Source of the DNA: Candidatus Sericytochromatia bacterium
GTDB lineage: Bacteria > Cyanobacteriota > Sericytochromatia > S15B-MN24 > JAQBPE01
Direction of reading: 5' to 3'
Length of the DNA stretch: 64,000 nt
Assembly (NCBI GenBank): GCA_035285125.1
Contig: JAYKHR010000004.1
Span: forward strand, 1 to 64,000
The translations under genes were made by a program, and so were the position numbers. The notes under the pieces are model-generated. The model searched no databases, was not told the DNA's origin, and saw only the letters and a list, made by a program, of their open reading frames with translations. Of the stretch, positions 36,702-46,052 are shown piece after piece. Positions within the stretch are counted from its first letter, which is position 1. Every line of letters starts with the position of its first letter.

Positions 36702-37508
36702 TTGGAAGCCCTGGTGTCGCTCGACACGCACTGCCACCTGCTGCCCGGCATCGATGACGGGGCCAGGGACGTCGAGGAGGCCGCGGCGATCGCCGAGGCG
36801 CTCGTGGCCTATGGCATCACGCGCGTCGTGGTCACCCCCCACGTGCACCGCGACCTCTACCCCAACACGCGGGCGACCATCCTGCCGGTGGTGGCCGAGA
36901 CCCAGGCCGCCCTCGCCCGCCGGGGCAGCCCGATGCAGCTCGTGGCAGGGGCGGAGGTGCGCCTGGACCCGGAGAGCTGCACGCCCGACCAGTGGCTCAC
37001 CTTCGGCGACCTCGGGACGCACATGCTCGTGGAGCTGCCCCCGGGGCTGCCCCTCGTGGCGAACCTCGAGAGCCAGCTGTTCGCGATCCAGGCCGCTGGC
37101 ATCACCCCCATCATCGCGCACCCGGAGCGGCAGGGCGTGCTGCTCCGAGAGCCCGACGTCCTCGAGCGCTGGGTCGTCGAGCGGGGGATGCTGGCCCAGG
37201 GGACGCTCTGCGCGCTTGCAGGCGCGGCCTCGGAGGGGACGGTGCAGGCGCTCGAGGGCTTCCTGCGGCGTGGCCTGATCCACTTCCTCGGCACCGACGT
37301 CCACCACGTCGACCGGCGCATCCGGGACCTCTCGCGGGCGGCGGCGCGGCTCGAGGCGCTGGTTGGCCCCGAAAACGCGCGCCTGATCAGGATCGACAAC
37401 CCCAACGCCCTGCTGGACGGGGGGCCGATCCGCAGGCCCAGCCCCGTCAAGTCCGCTGCGCCCACCGGGCTGCTCCAGCGGCTCCGCGCCACCCTCCGCC
37501 TGCCTTGA
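36702..37508 (+). CDS. PHP-family tyrosine phosphatase (CpsB/CapC/YwqE type)
   Basis: DTHCHLLPGIDDG, VTPH, IAHPER, GTDVHH; GGAGG RBS before TTG. Confidence 0.92.
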   Translation: MEALVSLDTHCHLLPGIDDGARDVEEAAAIAEALVAYGITRVVVTPHVHRDLYPNTRATILPVVAETQAALARRGSPMQLVAGAEVRLDPESCTPDQWLTFGDLGTHMLVELPPGLPLVANLESQLFAIQAAGITPIIAHPERQGVLLREPDVLERWVVERGMLAQGTLCALAGAASEGTVQALEGFLRRGLIHFLGTDVHHVDRRIRDLSRAAARLEALVGPENARLIRIDNPNALLDGGPIRRPSPVKSAAPTGLLQRLRATLRLP

Positions 37509-37521
37509 GAGAGGCCCTGCC

Positions 37522-38208
37522 ATGACCCGCCTGCTCAGCCCCCTCCTCGCCGCCGCCCTGCTGCTGGCAGGCCCCCTGCCACAGGCCATGGCCGCCCCGG
37601 CCCCCGCGGCCGCCCCCAAGGTGGACAGCCAGTACACGCTGCGCTACGGCGACACCGTCAACCTCAAGGTGGTGGAGAACGAGAAGCTGACGCTTCAGGA
37701 CCAGCCCATCCGGCCCGACGGGCGCGTCAGCTTCCCGCTCATCGGCGAGGTTCAGGCCGGGGGCCTGACGCTGCCGCAGCTGACGGACCGCGTCACGCAG
37801 GCCTACGGGCGCTTCTTCGTGGACCCTCACGTCGTCATCAACGTCGAGAAGTTCCGGCCGCTGACCATCAACGTGGTGGGCTTCGTGAACCGTCCCGGCA
37901 CCTACGAGATCAAGGAGCCCGTGCGGCTGCTGCAGGCCATCGCCCTGGGCGGAGGCTACGACCTGCAACGGGCCGAGCTCAAGGACGTGCTGGTGCTGCG
38001 CGCCAACGGCGAGGTGCGGCACGCGGACCTCACGGGGGCGCTTTCAGGACGCTCCGACGACAACCTCTGGCTGCAAGACGGCGACACCGTCCGCATCGCG
38101 GAGGTCGCGGGTCCAGACTGGTTCCGGCTGCTGCCGCCCCTCGCGTCGGCGCTGAGCATCGGCAGCACCATCGTGCTGCTCATCGTTCAGACCCAGGCCC
38201 AGCGCTGA
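37522..38208 (+). CDS. wza: Polysaccharide export protein (Wza/OPX family, Poly_export plus SLBB)
   Basis: YTLRYGDTV, IRPDGRVSFPLIGEVQAGGLT, VVGFVNRPGTY, QAIALGGG. Confidence 0.9.
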   Translation: MTRLLSPLLAAALLLAGPLPQAMAAPAPAAAPKVDSQYTLRYGDTVNLKVVENEKLTLQDQPIRPDGRVSFPLIGEVQAGGLTLPQLTDRVTQAYGRFFVDPHVVINVEKFRPLTINVVGFVNRPGTYEIKEPVRLLQAIALGGGYDLQRAELKDVLVLRANGEVRHADLTGALSGRSDDNLWLQDGDTVRIAEVAGPDWFRLLPPLASALSIGSTIVLLIVQTQAQR

Positions 38209-38271
38209 CCGGCGTTGCGGGGGCGTGGGCAGCGGGTACGTGGGGAAGAGGGCGAGAGGAGCAGGGGTGGG

Positions 38272-40848
38272 GTGAGGCGACGCGCGCTTGACACGTCCGT
38301 CCGGTGGCTGCCGGTCGTTGCCTGCGTGATCGCCGCCGGCTGCGCGCCGAACGGTGGGCGGCCATCGGCGGGCCTGCAGCCGCCGCGGGCCGCGACGACG
38401 CGGGCGCCGCGCCCCGTCACGCCGCTGGCCTCCGCCCCCGTGGTGCAGACGCCGGCCTCGAGCCCCACCCCGGCCGCGCCGGGCATGCCCGCCGGGCCGC
38501 CCACGCCGACGCCGCAGCCCAACGCGACGGCCAGCGCCGGGGGTTCGTCGGGGGGCAGCTCCGGCGGGGGCTCGTCGGGGGGAGGCAGCCGCCCGTCCGC
38601 CACGGGCCTGGCGGGCGCCGTGCTGCTGCCGGGCCGCCTGCTGAACGAGTCCGGGGCCTCGATTGTGTCCAACAACGGGGGCGCGGTGCTCGCGAACAAC
38701 GGGGCGGCCATCATCGCCAACAACGCGGGCCGCATCATCGCGAACAACGCCGGTCGCTACCGCGTGCTCGCCACTGAGCCGCAGCGCGCGCTGACCAGCG
38801 CCTTCCTGTACCTCACAGACCGCGACGAGCGCTTCTACCTCGACGCTGGTCGCGCGCTGACGGCCACGCTGGACAGCCGTGGCAACTATGCCTTCGCCAG
38901 CGGCTACCCCGTCGGCCGCGACGTCATCGTCAACGCGCTGGCCAACGACAACCTGCGGCTCGTGGGCTTCATCGTGCCCACTGCCAGCGGCGGCACGCTG
39001 GACCTGACGCTCGGCTCGACGCTGGCCACGGAGTGGCTGCGGGGCGAGGCGCTCCGGGCCGGGCGGCTGCTCTCGAGCTACGACGCCACCCGCGTGCGGC
39101 AGCTCGCGGCCGACACGCAGGCCGCCGTCGTCAGCCAGGCCATCACCGCCGTCCGGACGATCACGGACGGCCTGGGCCGGGCCCTGACCGTCGGCGTGTT
39201 CGACCTGCGGGCGGACCACACGCAGGACCTGCGCAACCAGTACGTCGTCGCCATCTCCGCCGCTGCGGCCAACAACGCGGCCATCAAGGGGATCTCGGAC
39301 GCCTGGAAGGTCGTCACAGGCAGCCGGCCCGCGGCCGTCACCTCGGTGCTCGGAAGCGGCCGCGAGCCCGCCGTGGACGCCGTCGACTTCCTGCGCTTCG
39401 GCTTCGCCACCGGAGACACGCGCGACGGGCAGACCACGCCGCCCGCCGAGGTCCCGCTCGGGTTCAACTACGGCGTCGCCGTGGGGCCCGCGGGCGACGT
39501 CTTCCTGAGTTGCTATGCGCGGCAGGGAAGCTCGGGACACATCCGCTGGCTCAAGCCCAACGGCGAGATCCGGACGCTGTGGCTGCCCACCTACCCCCTG
39601 GCCGCCCCGACGGCGGTGGCCCTGGAGAAGCCGCCCACGGGCGACCCGAACGACCCAGGCTCCGTGCTCGTCGTCGACTCGGCGGGCCACGCGGTCTACC
39701 GCGTCCCCCTCATCGACGCCCCGGACCCCGCGCGAGACCTGGTGCAGGCCCCGTGTGCCACCACCGGGTTCCTCGTGGAGCGCAAGGGCATGCGCGTGGT
39801 GGCAGGCGAGGCCACGCCCCTGAGCCCGCTGCCGGCCGAGGAGCCCTGCCTGGGGTTCTTGCTCCAGACCCACCCGTTCATCGTGCGGCCCGCCAGCCAG
39901 GCGGAGTACCGGCCGGCGAACTTCAGCTCGCCGCTCCACTCTCGCTGGCGCGCGGAGGACGAGGGCGTCCGCCAGTACGAGCCCGGCGGCGCCACGGTTC
40001 CCTCGCCGGCCCGCTACGCCCACCTCGACCAGCCCACGGACGTGGCCCTCGACGAGCTCGGCAACATCTACATCGCCGACAAGAACAACCACCGCATCCG
40101 CTTCATCCCCAGCGAGCAGGCGATCGCCCAGCGCACCGCCTGGTTCGACCACCGCGCGCCGCAGCTCACGGGCAACCAGGAGATCGACAGCCTGGGCGCC
40201 TCCACGGTCATGGCCGCGGGGGCCATCTACACCATCGCCGGCAACCCGCGCTGGGACCCCGCCCAGACCCCGTCCCCCGGGCAGGCCACGGGGTGGCTCG
40301 GAGAGTTCGGGGGCGACGGCGGCCCGGCGCAGCTCGCCCGCCTCGACCAGCCGGCCGCCCTGGCCTTCAACGCCGCCGAGAAGTGCCTCTACGTGGCCGA
40401 CTTCGACAACAACCGCGTCCGCAAGATCCACCGGGACACCGGCCTCATCACCACCGTGGCAGGGAGCGGGACGACGGTCCAGAACAACGGCCGCGGCGAG
40501 ATTGACCTCGCGCCCGGGTACGGCGGCGACGGAGGACCTGCGGCGGCAGCCCGGCTCGCCAGGCCGCGGGCGCTGGCCTTCGACGCGCGCCAGCGGCTCT
40601 TCATCGCGGACGGCGGCAACGGCGTGATCCGCATGGTCGACGTGGACGCGAACCGCACCATCACGACGGTCGCAGGTCGCGCTTACAGCGCGAACGCCAG
40701 CGGCGGCGACCAGGACGGCGACGGCGACGCCCGCTCGTACGTGGACATCTACGCGATGGAAAAGCTGGCGGTGGACCCCGCCGGCAACGTGCTCTTCAAC
40801 GAGATGCGTCACGGCCGCCTGCGCAAGCTCTGGCGGCAGTGGGACTAG
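38272..40848 (+). CDS. NHL/beta-propeller repeat lipoprotein with NNxG repeats
   Basis: Lipobox AAGC; LDQPTDVALDELGNIYIADKNNHRIR, LDQPAALAF...YVADFDNNRVRK and GGDGGPA NHL repeats. Confidence 0.82.
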   Translation: MRRRALDTSVRWLPVVACVIAAGCAPNGGRPSAGLQPPRAATTRAPRPVTPLASAPVVQTPASSPTPAAPGMPAGPPTPTPQPNATASAGGSSGGSSGGGSSGGGSRPSATGLAGAVLLPGRLLNESGASIVSNNGGAVLANNGAAIIANNAGRIIANNAGRYRVLATEPQRALTSAFLYLTDRDERFYLDAGRALTATLDSRGNYAFASGYPVGRDVIVNALANDNLRLVGFIVPTASGGTLDLTLGSTLATEWLRGEALRAGRLLSSYDATRVRQLAADTQAAVVSQAITAVRTITDGLGRALTVGVFDLRADHTQDLRNQYVVAISAAAANNAAIKGISDAWKVVTGSRPAAVTSVLGSGREPAVDAVDFLRFGFATGDTRDGQTTPPAEVPLGFNYGVAVGPAGDVFLSCYARQGSSGHIRWLKPNGEIRTLWLPTYPLAAPTAVALEKPPTGDPNDPGSVLVVDSAGHAVYRVPLIDAPDPARDLVQAPCATTGFLVERKGMRVVAGEATPLSPLPAEEPCLGFLLQTHPFIVRPASQAEYRPANFSSPLHSRWRAEDEGVRQYEPGGATVPSPARYAHLDQPTDVALDELGNIYIADKNNHRIRFIPSEQAIAQRTAWFDHRAPQLTGNQEIDSLGASTVMAAGAIYTIAGNPRWDPAQTPSPGQATGWLGEFGGDGGPAQLARLDQPAALAFNAAEKCLYVADFDNNRVRKIHRDTGLITTVAGSGTTVQNNGRGEIDLAPGYGGDGGPAAAARLARPRALAFDARQRLFIADGGNGVIRMVDVDANRTITTVAGRAYSANASGGDQDGDGDARSYVDIYAMEKLAVDPAGNVLFNEMRHGRLRKLWRQWD
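38662..38757 (+). repeat. Coding tandem repeat, 4 x 24 bp
   Basis: IVSNNGGA / VLANNGAA / IIANNAGR / IIANNAGR. Confidence 0.85.
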
Positions 40849-40857
40849 GAGGCCTCG

Positions 40858-43029
40858 ATGTCGCCGTCCCGCCTTCCTGGCTGCCACCTCGCCGCGCTCG
40901 GCCTCTCGCTGCTGCTCGCCGGCTGCCTGGCGGGCAAGGGCCAAACGCTCACCACGCCGCAGCGTCCGCCCGGCGCCGACGCCCGAGGCAGCCGCCTTCC
41001 CACGGGCCCTGCGGCGCCCGGCCCGCTGCTGGCGCTTCCCGGGCGCCAGCTGGCGTTCGTGGCGCTGACCAGCGCCGCCGACGTGGCGGGCCGGGTGGCG
41101 CTCGTCGCCGTGAACGTGCCCGAGTTCGCCAACAGCGCGGCACCCTACAGGGTGTCTGCCGCCCGGCCCGCCGGGCGGGCGATCATCACGGTGGGCACGC
41201 TCACGGACCAGTTCTACACGCGAAACGGCGCCGTGGTCACGGCCACCACCGACCTCGAGGGCGTGTTCACGGTGCCAGGTGGACGCCCCTCGAGCGGCCC
41301 CAGCGTCGTGAGCGCCCTGCTGGCAGGAGGCCACCAGCTCTCGGCCATCCTGCCCGAGGGCCAGGCCAGCGGCACCCTCGACGAGGCCACCACGATGGTC
41401 ACGGAGATGGCCCGCTGGCAGCTTGCCCCGACGGCCGTGGCAACCCGGCCGGACGTCACGGACGTGGCGTCGGGCACCTGGACAGCCCTGGCCGCTGACT
41501 CGCGGGAACTCCTCGGCGGAGACCCTGACGACCTGTCGCTCGAGGCCCAGGCCGTCGCCAGCGGCACGCGCATCCCTGCCCTGCAGCGCGGCGCGGGTCA
41601 CGTGCTGCGCAACGCCTATGTGGCCTACTTCGGCAGCCGTGCCACGGCGGCAGGCAGCGGCATCAGCACCCCGCCGCAGGCCAACTCGCTCTCCGACCTC
41701 TGGCTCTCCGTGCTGGGGTTCCGCCCGCTCGCCCTGACGCGCGTGGCGGGCAACGGCGTGCGGGGCTTCGAGCGGAGCGAGGGCAGGCCGGCCGCCGAGG
41801 TGCCCCTCGCGACGCCTCGCGACGTCGTCACGGACCACCTCGGCAACGTCTGGTTCTCTCAGCTCGACAACCACCTGATCAGCGTCGTGCCCCGCTACAC
41901 CACCACAGGACCCCTCTTCGGCGCCAGCGAGCCGTTCCTGGCGGCAGGCAACATCTACAACGTCGCGGGCGTGCCGGGCGGCGTGGCGAGCGTCGAGGCC
42001 TGGGAGGCTCAGTACGTCGCATCCGGAAGCAACCCGCCCGTGGCGAGCGGCACCCTGATCTTTGGCCCCGACCGCCTCGCGCTGGAGCGCGACGGCGCCG
42101 GCAGCCACCTGTTCTTCACGGCGCCGCTGGCGGGCCGGGTCATGCTGGTGCCCAACAGCTCCTTCACGCGCTACGGCACCACCTGGCAGGCCGGCAGGCT
42201 CCACACCGTCGCAGGCCGGGGCCTCGCGCCGGCCGACCCCACGGGGTGGCCCGCCGTGAACGGGCAGCCGGCCACCCAGGGCGGCCTATGGGCCCCCACG
42301 GGCCTCGCACGGGACGCGCAGGGCAACCTCTGGATCCTCGACGCGGGCAACGGCCAGCCCAACACCGGGGAGCTTTTCGTGGTGCGAGCCTCCGACGGGC
42401 TCCTGTTCCGGGTGCCGCTGCAACAGAACGGCGTGCGGCTCCACCCGGACGGTGCCCGGGACCTCGAGCTCTCGCCGTCGGGGACCGAGCTGTACCTCGC
42501 TGACACCCGGCGCCACTGCATCTTCAAGATGCCCCGGCCGGTGAACGCCACCATCGCCGCCTACGACGCCGTGCCACCCGTCCCCCTCGAGGTGGAGCGC
42601 GTCCTCGGCAAACCCGGGCAGGCGGGCTTCCTCGACTTCACCCTGCCGGGGTTGCCCGTCCCGGCCATCGAGGACCTCAGCGCCGGCGTTGAGGAGCCAT
42701 CCGGCGACCTCACCACCGACGGGGGCCCCGTGGCCTCCGCGTCGGTCAAGGTACTGCTTGACTCGCCCTCCGCGATCACCTTCGACGGCCTTGGCCGCCT
42801 CGTCGTGGGTGACCAGGGGACCGGCCGCATCCGGCTGCTCCACGCGGGCGCGGTCTACACCCTCGCGGGCGGGCTCGCGACGCCCTACATCACGGGTGAC
42901 GCCCGGCTGGCGTTCCTGCCGGGCATCAGCGGGCTCTGCTGGAGCCCGACGGACGGGACCATCCTGGTCACCGACGAGCGCGAGGCCGTGGTGAGACGCC
43001 TTCACACCCAGCGAGGGATCCTGGAGTAG
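40858..43029 (+). CDS. NHL/beta-propeller repeat lipoprotein, paralog of the upstream gene
   Basis: Lipobox LAGC; PTGLARDAQGNLWILD and PSAITFDGLGRLVVGD repeats; GGAGG RBS. Confidence 0.8.
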   Translation: MSPSRLPGCHLAALGLSLLLAGCLAGKGQTLTTPQRPPGADARGSRLPTGPAAPGPLLALPGRQLAFVALTSAADVAGRVALVAVNVPEFANSAAPYRVSAARPAGRAIITVGTLTDQFYTRNGAVVTATTDLEGVFTVPGGRPSSGPSVVSALLAGGHQLSAILPEGQASGTLDEATTMVTEMARWQLAPTAVATRPDVTDVASGTWTALAADSRELLGGDPDDLSLEAQAVASGTRIPALQRGAGHVLRNAYVAYFGSRATAAGSGISTPPQANSLSDLWLSVLGFRPLALTRVAGNGVRGFERSEGRPAAEVPLATPRDVVTDHLGNVWFSQLDNHLISVVPRYTTTGPLFGASEPFLAAGNIYNVAGVPGGVASVEAWEAQYVASGSNPPVASGTLIFGPDRLALERDGAGSHLFFTAPLAGRVMLVPNSSFTRYGTTWQAGRLHTVAGRGLAPADPTGWPAVNGQPATQGGLWAPTGLARDAQGNLWILDAGNGQPNTGELFVVRASDGLLFRVPLQQNGVRLHPDGARDLELSPSGTELYLADTRRHCIFKMPRPVNATIAAYDAVPPVPLEVERVLGKPGQAGFLDFTLPGLPVPAIEDLSAGVEEPSGDLTTDGGPVASASVKVLLDSPSAITFDGLGRLVVGDQGTGRIRLLHAGAVYTLAGGLATPYITGDARLAFLPGISGLCWSPTDGTILVTDEREAVVRRLHTQRGILE

Positions 43030-43224
43030 GCGTCCTCGCCATCCCCGAACGCTCGCCCGCAGCCAGCCCCCACCGGGTGCCAACCCGCGTGGGGATTGGC
43101 TTTTCGGGCTTGATTCGTTTGTGAAGTTATATTAAGCTTACCTCTGTCCGTTCCCGCCCCAAACCGGGGCGGGGCATCACATACAGCCAGCTTGGGCTCA
43201 GCACAACGCTTGGAGGGCACGGCG

Positions 43225-44967
43225 ATGAACCAAGGTCTACTCGACACCACGGCAGCGGCGGTGGTGAATGGCGCGGCGCAGCCCCTGTTTCCCCGGGCAC
43301 CTTCCACGGCCGACGCGAGCCTCGCAGCCTTGCTGCAGCGCGCCCCGCTCGATACGGCCACCGTGCTCGCCGCCGAGGACAGGCTCGGGGAACCCATCTC
43401 GGGCACCTGGGTCGGCAGCGGGCAGGCCTCGGCGCTGGTACCTCCCGACGGGGTCTTGATCGTCGCCGGGCCCGCCTGGCTCGAGGGCGCCCCCGAGGCC
43501 CGCGTCGCCGAGGCGGTCGCGGCAGGGGCCAGCGGCCTGCTGGTGGTGTCAGCGCGCCCCGAGCGGCCTGTGCCGGAGGCCGCCGTGTCGGCCGCACGCC
43601 GGCACGCCTTGCCCCTGGTGGTGGTGGCCCATCCCCACACCCCTGAGGAGGTCGCCCAAGAGCTGGAGGCGCAGTTGGCGCCGGCTGGGCCAGGCCTGGC
43701 TGGCACCGATGCCACGCTGCAGCGCAGGCTGCTGGACCTGGTGCTGGACGGCTCCGGCCTCGAGGCGCTGGCCCGCACGCTGGCCCGGGCCTTGGAGCGG
43801 ACCGTCGTCGTGGAGGACAGGCAGTTCAACCTGCTGGCGATCGGCCAGGCGGGTGCCATGGGCGACCCCTTCGTGGACGAGCTCATCGTGAACAAGGGCA
43901 CGCCCGTGGAGGCCATCAAGGCCTGGGAGGCAGACGGCACCCTGGCGACACTGCGCAAGCACCGGCAGCCCGTGCACCTGGCGCGCGGTCCCCGCCCGGT
44001 GGACGCCCCGCGCAGCATCCACCCGCTCGTCATCAACGGCGAGGTCCACGGTTACCTCTCGGTGCTGGCTGCCGAGCCGCCCGTCGGCGCCCTGGCCTCC
44101 GCCATCGAGCAGGGGGCGCTGGCCGCTGCCCTGGAGCTCCTGAAGCAACAGGGCGCCACGGAGTCAGAGCAGAAGCTCAAGCGAGACTTCTTCCGGGACC
44201 TCCTGGCCGCCGAGACGCCTGCGGCCGTGGAGACGCTGCGGCGGCGGGCGACCTATCTCGGGTACCCGATGAACGCCACCTACTGGGTCGTGGCCGTCGA
44301 ATTCGACGAGAAGCCGCTCGATGACGTGCAGCCCGAGGACGTGCAGCGGCTGGTGGGGGTGCTCAACGCCCTGCTGAGCTTCCGGCAGGCCGTCGTGATC
44401 AACCAGATCAGCGGCGCCAGCATCCTCTACCCGCTGCGAGAGGGCCAGCCCACCGCGGAGAAGCTGGCCCAGCTGGCGCAGGCCATCCAGCAGAAGGTGG
44501 GGGCGGCCTCGCCGGGGTGGGGCGTGTCGATCGGCATCGGCCAGCTGCACGAGGGGCTGCTGGGGGTGCCCCAGAGCTTCCGCGAGGCGCTCCACGCGCT
44601 CAAGATCGGGCGCCACACGCGCGGCGCCCACCACACCACGTTCTTCACGGATCTCGGCATCTACCGGATGCTGCTGCAGTTCGCGCAGAGCCACGACCCC
44701 AACGAGTTCTTCTGTGAGCCCCTTCAGCGGCTGATCGAGTACAACCAGCAGATGGACAAGGAGCTCGTGAAGACCATCGCCGCGTTCCTCGAGTGCAACG
44801 GGAACCTGACGGAGACCTCCACCCGGCTGTTCATCCACCGTAACACGCTGAAGTACCGCCTCGAGCGCATCCGGGACATCACGCAGATCGACCTCGACGA
44901 CGCGGAAAACCGGCTGATGCTGCACCTCGGGCTCAAGATGAACCAGGTGATCAACTACCTGCGGTGA
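43225..44967 (+). CDS. PucR family transcriptional regulator
   Basis: GSGLEALARTL, VSIGIG, SFREA, DLGIYRML and C-terminal HTH ETSTRLFIHRNTLKYRLERI. Confidence 0.92.
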   Translation: MNQGLLDTTAAAVVNGAAQPLFPRAPSTADASLAALLQRAPLDTATVLAAEDRLGEPISGTWVGSGQASALVPPDGVLIVAGPAWLEGAPEARVAEAVAAGASGLLVVSARPERPVPEAAVSAARRHALPLVVVAHPHTPEEVAQELEAQLAPAGPGLAGTDATLQRRLLDLVLDGSGLEALARTLARALERTVVVEDRQFNLLAIGQAGAMGDPFVDELIVNKGTPVEAIKAWEADGTLATLRKHRQPVHLARGPRPVDAPRSIHPLVINGEVHGYLSVLAAEPPVGALASAIEQGALAAALELLKQQGATESEQKLKRDFFRDLLAAETPAAVETLRRRATYLGYPMNATYWVVAVEFDEKPLDDVQPEDVQRLVGVLNALLSFRQAVVINQISGASILYPLREGQPTAEKLAQLAQAIQQKVGAASPGWGVSIGIGQLHEGLLGVPQSFREALHALKIGRHTRGAHHTTFFTDLGIYRMLLQFAQSHDPNEFFCEPLQRLIEYNQQMDKELVKTIAAFLECNGNLTETSTRLFIHRNTLKYRLERIRDITQIDLDDAENRLMLHLGLKMNQVINYLR

Positions 44968-45742
44968 GGCGCGCGAGCACCAGGCAGGCACCCGCCAGCC
45001 CGAGGTCGGGGCACCACCCGGCCTCGGGCAGCTCGGGGGCGAGCAGGGCGCCCCACCCACCTGTCAGCAGCAGGGCCTCGGCGCCGTCGACCTCGGCGCG
45101 CATGCGCGCCACGAGGTGCCGCACCGCCCCCACATGGCCGAGCACGACGCCGGCCTGGATGGCCGTGAGGGTGGAGCTGCCGAGCGCCGCCGGGGGCAGG
45201 TCGACGGGCACCTCCGGCAGCAGGGCGGTGCGCCGCCAGAGGGCGTCTCGGGCCGTGGTGAGGCCGGGCAGGATGGCCCCGCCCCGCACCCGGCCGGCCG
45301 GGTCCACCAGCGTCAGGGTCGTGGCGGTGCCCAGGTCGATCACGATGCCGGGGCCCTGCGACGCCCACAGCGCCACCGCATTCATCAGCCGGTCAGGGCC
45401 GAGCGAGCCGGGCGGGTCGTAGGCCACCGTGAGCCCGTGGGGGCTCGCAACGTCCAGCGCGTGGACGGTGCAACCTGCCAGGCGCCAGCGAGCAGCCAGC
45501 GCATGGGACACCTCTGGCACCACGGACACGATCCCCACGAGTGGAGCCGGGGCCTCGCTCGCCAGGGCCTCCGCCGTCGGCAGCCGCCCCTCCCCCACGG
45601 GCGTGGCGCCATCGAAGGCCAGCCAGCGGACATGGGTGTTGCCCACGTTGACGACGGCATAAGGGCCCGTTGAATGGGCCGGCCCCCGATCGCCCCCGTT
45701 GCCAGACCCCACCGAGCGTGGTACCCTTGTGCTTCGTGCCAT
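44951..45742 (-). CDS. coaX: Type III pantothenate kinase
   Basis: VGNT, SVVP, LGPDRL, IDLGTATT, GGAILPG, LTGG motifs; start codon uncertain. Confidence 0.9.
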   Translation of the reverse strand: MARSTRVPRSVGSGNGGDRGPAHSTGPYAVVNVGNTHVRWLAFDGATPVGEGRLPTAEALASEAPAPLVGIVSVVPEVSHALAARWRLAGCTVHALDVASPHGLTVAYDPPGSLGPDRLMNAVALWASQGPGIVIDLGTATTLTLVDPAGRVRGGAILPGLTTARDALWRRTALLPEVPVDLPPAALGSSTLTAIQAGVVLGHVGAVRHLVARMRAEVDGAEALLLTGGWGALLAPELPEAGWCPDLGLAGACLVLARLTAGS

Positions 45743-45786
45743 TGCGCCGCCTCAACTGTCTCAACCCCCACCGGAGGTCCATACCC

Positions 45787-45981
45787 ATGTCCAAGCGCTG
45801 TGATGTGTGCGCGAAGGGTCCCACGACCGGCCACAACGTCAGCCACTCCATGGTGCATACCAAGCGCCGCTGGATGCCCAACCTGCAGACCGTCCGCGCT
45901 CAGATCAAGCCCGGCCTCGTTCGCCGCGTCAAGATCTGCACGTCTTGCCTGAAGGCGGGCAAGATCACCCGCGCGGTGTGA
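45787..45981 (+). CDS. rpmB: 50S ribosomal protein L28
   Basis: MSKRCDVCAKGPTTGHNVSHSMVHTKRRWMPNLQ...CTSCLKAGK; GGAGG RBS. Confidence 0.97.
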   Translation: MSKRCDVCAKGPTTGHNVSHSMVHTKRRWMPNLQTVRAQIKPGLVRRVKICTSCLKAGKITRAV

Positions 45982-45996
45982 GTGCCAGCACCTGTG

Positions 45997-46028
45997 AAGG
46001 CCCGGACCTGACGGTCCGGGCCTTTTCG
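45997..46028 (+). terminator. Rho-independent terminator after rpmB (possibly bidirectional)
   Basis: 12-bp stem AAGGCCCGGACC/GGTCCGGGCCTT with 4-nt loop and a T-rich tail, between convergent genes. Confidence 0.8.
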
Positions 46029-46052
46029 TTGGTCCAAGGAGGCCCGAGGCGC

